64,000 bases of DNA from an uncultured Gammaproteobacteria bacterium (GTDB taxonomy: Bacteria; Pseudomonadota; Gammaproteobacteria; JAKDMP01), in the NCBI GenBank assembly GCA_964586925.1, contig CAZPJI010000002.1, positions 64,039 to 128,038 on the forward strand. Direction: 5' to 3'. Below the pieces are notes generated by a model. It did no database searches. It was given only the letters and a program-made list of their open reading frames with translations, and was not told the DNA's origin. A program made the position numbers and the translations under genes. Shown piece by piece: positions 58,474 to 64,000 of the stretch. Numbering within the stretch: the first letter of the stretch is position 1; each line of letters begins with the position of its first letter.

Positions 58474-61400
58474 TCAAGAACCGGCTACTACGCAATCACG
58501 GCCCTTGCGCTTGGCAGTGTAAAGGGCTTCGTCCGCCGCCTTGATCAACTCCTGGAGATTGCGCAGCCGGCCATCGCTGGTGGCCATGCCAATACTGACG
58601 GTGACCGAAAACTCCCGTTGCCCGCCGCGAAACGGATGACTCTTAACGGCCTGACGCATACGCTCCGCCACTTCACCTGCCTGCTCTGGATCGGTCTCCG
58701 GCAGGCATACTATGAATTCCTCGCCTCCATACCGGCCCATGAGATCGGGTTCGCGCAGAGTTTGACAGCAGGTCTGGCTGATTGCCCGCAACACTTCATC
58801 ACCGATCGTGTGCCCGCACGTATCATTAATGCGCTTGAAGTGATCGATGTCCAGCATCAACACGGACAGGGGATGCCCATAACGCACGCAGCGACTGAAC
58901 TCGACTTCCGCATATTCCGTAAATGCACGCCGTGTGTATACACCAGTCAAACTATCGGTCGTCGCCATATCCTCTAGTTGGTGGATCAGGTGCGCCTTCT
59001 CGAACATCACTCCAAGCTGATTGCAAAGAATGGAAGCAGTAGCGCACTCGGCAGAATCGAATGCCCGCTTCTGGCGCCCGATGATAAGAACATGCATGAG
59101 TCCATTAGCCATCAGCAAGGGCAACGCAAGATAGTGACAACGGCGTACCCCGATGCGTCTCTCAAGCGAACCCAACTCTGTTGCCGTCAGGACACAGGGA
59201 GTTCGACGCTGTCGCAAACGCCCCAGGCAACTGGCGTGCTCCAATGGCCACAGCGCCACCCGTTCTCTCTCGCCTTGTCCCAGGCCGCTATCTGCTACCA
59301 AACGCAAACCACTGGCTTCATCGACGAAGAACACGGCCCGTTCGTGGACCAGCAAAGCCGGAAGACGTTCCAGGAAAACACGCGATATATCGGATTCGCC
59401 CTGCAGGGGGGATACGGCTTCAATGAGGGCCTGCTGCGCTTCCGCCATGGCACGGCGCCGCTGCTCATAGGCCAAGTCACGTTTCTGACGAATGCGCCGG
59501 GCAAAAAGATAAAGCACAGTAATAGCGGCCGATACGGCAGCGAATACGTACAGCAGATAGGCCCACCAGGTCTCCCACGGCGGCGGCAGTATGGAAATAC
59601 CGAACCGCGCCTCTTGCTGACTCCATACGCCATCGCCACCCGCCCCAATAACACGCAACGTGTAATGCCCGGGATCCAGATTGGTGTAAGTAATCGTATG
59701 CCCTTCGTGCAATTGATGCCATTTGTGGTCAAAACCATCAAGGCGGTATTTGAAACGGTTGCGGTCCGGCAATGCAAAATCCAGAACCGCGACCCGGACA
59801 CTGAAGCTGTCACGGTCATAAGGCACGCTAATAGAATGCAATGTTCCCTTGGGGGTATTCAAGGGCACGCTATCGCCCATCACGCGCAGCCCGGTAATCA
59901 CGACCGGTGCCGAAGGCGACATCGCCCCGAGGGCATTCAGGTGGATTACGGCCAAACCGTTGATGCTGCCGAAATAGAGCGTGTCATTACTTCCAGCGTA
60001 AGCAGCGCCCTCGTTGAACTCCTCGTTGTACAATCCGTTTTCAACGTCATAATTGCGCACAGTGTGCTTGCTGGGATCAATACGGGCCAGCCCGCGGCTG
60101 GTTCCGACCCAGATATCGCCTCTGGGGCCCGGCAACACGCTGTAGATCATGGCGCTGGTCAGGCCGTTCGCTTCCGTGTAGCGGCGAAGTGTCCCCACAT
60201 TAGGCACGAAATGCGCCAGGCCGGTCGTGGTTCCTACCCAAAGACTCCCGTCCGCCGCCATCCGGCAGTCCAGAATATCGCTGGACGCCAATACATCGAG
60301 ATGGCCGTTTTCGTCGAGCGGCTTGCTGAAACTCCCGTGTTCGGGATCGAAAGAAAGCAGCCCTCGAGTCGTACCGATCCAGAGGGAATTGTCTCCTGCC
60401 TGGCATAGCGCCCACACGCCCGGCGATCGCAGGCTGCCCGGATAGCGCTTATCCGGTGAATAACGGTACAAAACCTTGCCGCTATGCGGATTCAGCTGTA
60501 CCAGTCCGTTGTTGGTGCCAATCCACAGGCGATTCCGGCTATCCTCGAAAATCATATTGACGCTGGCGCCCAGCCAGTCCGTACGTGAACGTTCCCCCAG
60601 AGAGTAATAGCGAAAGCCGTGGCTGGCCGGCAGATACCGATACACGCCATGCCCCGTCCCCATCCACAGACGCTGCTGATGGTCGGCATAAAGCACTTTC
60701 ACTGACGGGATCTCGCCATTGAAAACAGGCGCCGATGGCAATTTGATTTGCTTGAAGTGCGTACGCGTCGAATCAATCTGCGTCAGGCCGCCATCACTGG
60801 CCACCCAAAGTTCATGCTCGGGACTCTCGTAAACGGCCCAGACGAAGTTGTTTGCCAGGCTTTGCGGGTTGCCGGGTTCGTGCCGGAAACGCCCAAAAGC
60901 CCGGCTGCGGGGGTTGTAGTAATTGATGCCGGCGCCATCCGTTCCCACCCATACCAGGCCACTGCTGTCGCGCATGATGTTGAACAAGTAATTGCTGGAG
61001 AGACTGGCCGGATCCGTCAAGCTGTGGCGGAATGTCCTGAAGCCGCGCTTGTAACCGTCGAAACGACTCAATCCGCCACCGTATGTCGCCACCCAAATAC
61101 GCCCGGTGCCATCCTCCACGATCCCGCTGACCCAGCTGGTCGGCAGACTGCTCCGGTCGCCGCGATGATGTGAAAAGAACCGGACCTTGCCGTCCACATC
61201 ACCCAATACCGCAAGGCCGGTGCGAGTGCCTACCCAGAGGCGGTTATCCGTGCTCTCATAGATTGCTTCGGTCCTGGAGTGCGTCAATGCCGCATAGGCT
61301 TGGGAGTCTTCAGGGACGTGGTAACGCCGCAACTGATCCACCCGCGGCGCATAGTAGAACAATCCGTTGACCGTACCCACCCAGATGCGGCCGTTCCGGT

Positions 61401-62013
61401 CCTGAAACAAGGCCGTGACTTTCTGGAGGGCTTTGTCTTTTCCCGGCAAATGGTAATGACGAAATCGTGCATGCGATTGCAGACGGTCGAGACCGGCAGC
61501 CGTTCCCACCCAAAGGCGATCCGAGCGGTCGACCAACACAGTCTCGACGCTGTTGCTGGACAAGCTGGTGGCAACGTTAGTGTGGTGACGGTAATGCGTA
61601 AAACTGTGTTGCCCCGGAAGCAACCGATCCAGGCCGTTCGTACTGCCTATCCAGAGCGTGTCGTTTGCGGAAAAGGCAAGGCTGCTGACCGTCCCGCCGG
61701 AAAGCGAATGCGGATCGGTCGGGTTATGGCGAAAAGCCACATATCCGTATCCATCATAGCGTTGCAATCCCGCTTCGGTCGCAAACCACATATACCCGAC
61801 GGGCCCCTGAGCGATAGCCGTAACAGTGCTCTGCGCCAAGCCATTGCTGACGCCGATATGCTGAAACACAGGCACAACGTCCGGCGTTGGCACCGGTGGG
61901 TTCGCCATTACCGTCAGCGAAGGCGCCACAACGATCACCGCTGCAGCAAACACCGCATTAGCCCAATGCCAAAGCCTGTATTGTTCTTTTCGCCCCGGGC
62001 TCCCCACTCTCAT
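58474..62013 (-). CDS. Diguanylate cyclase (GGDEF) with a very large periplasmic two-component-regulator-propeller (Reg_prop / Y_Y_Y) sensor region, ~1179 aa
   Basis: Signal peptide, then >12 Reg_prop-like repeats (WVGTxxGL motifs) and a Y_Y_Y-like segment. A single TM helix (WWAYLLYVFAAVSAAITVLYLFA) follows. C-terminal GGDEF with RYGGEEF active site and RxxD I-site. Start chosen at MRVGSPG. The ORF extends to 62277. Confidence 0.8.
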   Translation of the reverse strand: MRVGSPGRKEQYRLWHWANAVFAAAVIVVAPSLTVMANPPVPTPDVVPVFQHIGVSNGLAQSTVTAIAQGPVGYMWFATEAGLQRYDGYGYVAFRHNPTDPHSLSGGTVSSLAFSANDTLWIGSTNGLDRLLPGQHSFTHYRHHTNVATSLSSNSVETVLVDRSDRLWVGTAAGLDRLQSHARFRHYHLPGKDKALQKVTALFQDRNGRIWVGTVNGLFYYAPRVDQLRRYHVPEDSQAYAALTHSRTEAIYESTDNRLWVGTRTGLAVLGDVDGKVRFFSHHRGDRSSLPTSWVSGIVEDGTGRIWVATYGGGLSRFDGYKRGFRTFRHSLTDPASLSSNYLFNIMRDSSGLVWVGTDGAGINYYNPRSRAFGRFRHEPGNPQSLANNFVWAVYESPEHELWVASDGGLTQIDSTRTHFKQIKLPSAPVFNGEIPSVKVLYADHQQRLWMGTGHGVYRYLPASHGFRYYSLGERSRTDWLGASVNMIFEDSRNRLWIGTNNGLVQLNPHSGKVLYRYSPDKRYPGSLRSPGVWALCQAGDNSLWIGTTRGLLSFDPEHGSFSKPLDENGHLDVLASSDILDCRMAADGSLWVGTTTGLAHFVPNVGTLRRYTEANGLTSAMIYSVLPGPRGDIWVGTSRGLARIDPSKHTVRNYDVENGLYNEEFNEGAAYAGSNDTLYFGSINGLAVIHLNALGAMSPSAPVVITGLRVMGDSVPLNTPKGTLHSISVPYDRDSFSVRVAVLDFALPDRNRFKYRLDGFDHKWHQLHEGHTITYTNLDPGHYTLRVIGAGGDGVWSQQEARFGISILPPPWETWWAYLLYVFAAVSAAITVLYLFARRIRQKRDLAYEQRRRAMAEAQQALIEAVSPLQGESDISRVFLERLPALLVHERAVFFVDEASGLRLVADSGLGQGERERVALWPLEHASCLGRLRQRRTPCVLTATELGSLERRIGVRRCHYLALPLLMANGLMHVLIIGRQKRAFDSAECATASILCNQLGVMFEKAHLIHQLEDMATTDSLTGVYTRRAFTEYAEVEFSRCVRYGHPLSVLMLDIDHFKRINDTCGHTIGDEVLRAISQTCCQTLREPDLMGRYGGEEFIVCLPETDPEQAGEVAERMRQAVKSHPFRGGQREFSVTVSIGMATSDGRLRNLQELIKAADEALYTAKRKGRDCVVAGS

Positions 62014-62120
62014 CCTCGTCTCCGGGCATTCCCGGCAGTATGGCGTAAATGCTTCAGACTTGCCAGTTGGCATTGCCCGGCCCGCACACCGCTCATTCTC
62101 GCCGCAATGCGATACAGGGC

Positions 62121-62786
62121 TCAGTTGAAGGTCGCGGTAAACCCGATGAAAAAGGTGCGTGAGTCGGCATGGTCGAAATAGGCCGTGTAAATGGCACCGG
62201 AGGGCTCGATCACACTCAGGCGCGTGTTGGTACCGGCAGAAACGTAATCGAAACCGCCGAACACGCCCAGCCCCCAATCATGTCCGATCCACCATTCCTT
62301 ACCCATGCGTACCTGTGCCGCGAAACCATTATCGGAATTGATATCCGTGTTGTTGTAATGCAACGTAATCTGCCCCGAACCAACCGTAGCTCCCAAGAAG
62401 AGATTGTTATCGAAGTACCAGGTCAAGCCCGCACCCACCATTGATGAGGCGAAATGATAGTCGGTACCCGAATGCAGCGTATTCCCATTGAGCGTCGTAG
62501 AGGGCTTATTGACGGTAGCTTCACCGTTGAGATCAAGCGATAAAACGAGATTGCGAGTCACCACATAGCCAAAACGAAAGTCGACATTCGCTCCACCGCT
62601 ACTGACGTGCATATTGTCGTGCGGCCCTGAATAATCGACGCGCATGCTGGCAGGCGCCACGTCGGTATTGAAGTAGAAGCCGCGATGTGCAGGCCAGCCA
62701 TCGACCCCCGTCCCGGCACATGCGGGCGCAGACGCAACCCCCACGCCCAGCAGAAACAACAAGACCGCCCCGGTATACTTTTTCAT
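62121..62786 (-). CDS. Small outer-membrane beta-barrel protein (OmpW/OmpA-beta-barrel-like), 221 aa
   Basis: Signal peptide MKKYTGAVLLFLLGVGVASAPACA, alternating amphipathic beta-strand pattern, and C-terminal FIGFTATFN ending in an aromatic residue. The longer ORF call (to 63992) is antisense to uvrA and rejected. Confidence 0.6.
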   Translation of the reverse strand: MKKYTGAVLLFLLGVGVASAPACAGTGVDGWPAHRGFYFNTDVAPASMRVDYSGPHDNMHVSSGGANVDFRFGYVVTRNLVLSLDLNGEATVNKPSTTLNGNTLHSGTDYHFASSMVGAGLTWYFDNNLFLGATVGSGQITLHYNNTDINSDNGFAAQVRMGKEWWIGHDWGLGVFGGFDYVSAGTNTRLSVIEPSGAIYTAYFDHADSRTFFIGFTATFN

Positions 62787-62891
62787 GCCGCCTCCCGCCC
62801 AGATCCATCGACAAGTGCTGAATGTGCAGTGTAGGGCACGCGGGGCATCCACGAAATACCCGGACCGGCAACCGGCTAAGATAGCGTCCCT

Positions 62892-64000
62892 ATGGCTAAA
62901 GACTCCATCCGCCTCCGCGGTGCCCGGCAGAACAACCTGAAGGGCCTGGATCTCGACATTCCGATCGGCCAGATCACAGTGGTGACCGGCCCCTCGGGTT
63001 CGGGCAAATCCTCGCTCGCCTTCGATACGGTCTACGCCGAGGGCCAGCGCCGCTACGTCGAGACTTTCTCTCCCTACGCACGCCAGTTTCTCGACCGCCA
63101 GGACCGGCCGCAGTTGGAGCGCATCGAGGGCATCCCGCCGGCAATCGCGATTGACCAGGTCAACCCGGTGCGCACCTCGCGCTCGACCGTGGGCACCATG
63201 ACCGAGCTGGCCGACCACCTGAAACTGCTCTTTGCCCGCGCCACGCAGCTCTATTGCCTGGGCTGCGGCGACCCCGTGCGCCCGGACAATCCGCAGGCGG
63301 TGGTCGACGCGCTGCTTGCGGACCACGCCGGGATACGCGCGGTTGTCACCTTCGAGCTGCACGTGCCGCACAACTTCACGGCGCGCGAGGTCGAGGGGTA
63401 CCTGGAGCAGCAGGGCTATACGCGCGTACACGAGCGCCGCGGCAACACCCTGCACGTCGTCCAGGACCGCCTGCGTCTCGGCAAGGACAACCGGGCGCGG
63501 CTGAGCGAAGCGCTGGAGGCGGCCTTCGCGCGCGGCAACGGCCGCCTGCGCGTGCACCTGCTCGACGAGGAACGCAACGTCACCGAAACGCTGCGCTTCT
63601 CCGAGAGCCTGCACTGCGCGCGCTGCGACCGTGACTACCAGCCGCCGGTGCCCGCGCTGTTCTCCTTCAACTCGCCGGCGGGCGCGTGCCCCACCTGCCG
63701 CGGCTTCGGCCGCACGCAGGGCATCGACTACGACCTGGTGATCCCGGACACCTCCAAGTCGCTCGCCGAGGGCGCGGTCAAGCCCTGGCAGACCCCCTCC
63801 TTCGCCGAATGCCAGAAGGACCTGATGCGCCACGCGAAACAGCGGCGCATCCCCACCACCAAGCCGTGGAGCGAACTGACCGAGGACCAGAAGCGCTGGG
63901 TCATCGAGGGCGAGGGACGCGCGCGCGACGGCAAGTGGTACGGCGCGGTGCGCTTCTTCCGCTGGCTGGAATCGAAGAGCTACCGCATGCACATCCGCGT
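62892..64000 (+). CDS. uvrA: UvrA-family ABC ATPase (excinuclease ABC subunit A or paralog), N-terminal part; continues beyond the window
   Basis: [67 protein letters not shown] matches the UvrA N-terminus almost motif-for-motif. Zinc-finger cysteines CxxC are present later. There is no stop within the window. Confidence 0.8.
   Translation, partial: MAKDSIRLRGARQNNLKGLDLDIPIGQITVVTGPSGSGKSSLAFDTVYAEGQRRYVETFSPYARQFLDRQDRPQLERIEGIPPAIAIDQVNPVRTSRSTVGTMTELADHLKLLFARATQLYCLGCGDPVRPDNPQAVVDALLADHAGIRAVVTFELHVPHNFTAREVEGYLEQQGYTRVHERRGNTLHVVQDRLRLGKDNRARLSEALEAAFARGNGRLRVHLLDEERNVTETLRFSESLHCARCDRDYQPPVPALFSFNSPAGACPTCRGFGRTQGIDYDLVIPDTSKSLAEGAVKPWQTPSFAECQKDLMRHAKQRRIPTTKPWSELTEDQKRWVIEGEGRARDGKWYGAVRFFRWLESKSYRMHIR

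Noticed and set aside
62121-63992. 623-aa minus-strand ORF
   Set aside because: Its upstream two-thirds is antisense to the clearly recognisable uvrA-like gene (62892+) and is Arg/Ala/Gly-rich GC-frame noise. Only the last 221 codons (62121-62786), with a signal peptide and beta-barrel pattern, are accepted as a gene.

Overview
This is a high-GC (roughly 63-66%) proteobacterial chromosomal segment, most likely a gamma-proteobacterium or related sulfur/iron oxidiser (taxon cannot be fixed without a search). It is densely packed with recognisable housekeeping operons:
- coaD / rsmD
- ftsY-ftsE-ftsX-rpoH
- an aa3-type cytochrome c oxidase cluster (coxB-coxA-coxC-SURF1-SCO-like-ctaB)
- comF-like gene, POT peptide transporter, ubiA, recG
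- MMPL/COG4258 exporter with LolA-like protein, ridA
- spoT-rpoZ-gmk-yicC, PP2C phosphatase, rph-rdgB
- parB-parA-rsmG
- the propionate operon prpB-(hypothetical)-prpC-prpD
- dinB, FNR, macro-domain protein, a large Y_Y_Y/GGDEF sensor, a small OM beta-barrel, and a partial uvrA-like gene at the window end.

Accessory or unusual content:
1. A ~6.4 kb lower-GC islet encodes a 1699-aa secreted sedolisin (S53) multidomain protease (pro-kumamolisin prodomain, S53, CarboxypepD_reg, Kelch propeller, DUF11, GlyGly-CTERM-like anchor) next to a dual-HTH LuxR-type regulator.
2. An ABC-2 transporter and an intramembrane-sensing HK/NarL-RR module sit behind a perfect 14-bp palindrome.
3. A ~270-bp element with perfect 25-bp terminal inverted repeats lies between ftsE and ftsX.
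4. Two dispersed intergenic repeat families are present: REP-like GTRGGAGCG...CGCGAT palindromes and YCTTTGCG arrays.
5. There is a second stand-alone Y-family polymerase.
6. A membrane-anchored Cys-rich ORF sits inside the prp operon.
7. ubiA carries a Lys/Ala/Pro-rich in-frame N-terminal extension.

I found no tRNA, rRNA or CRISPR array. All functional calls are from reading the translated ORFs (motifs, domain order, synteny). No database search was run.
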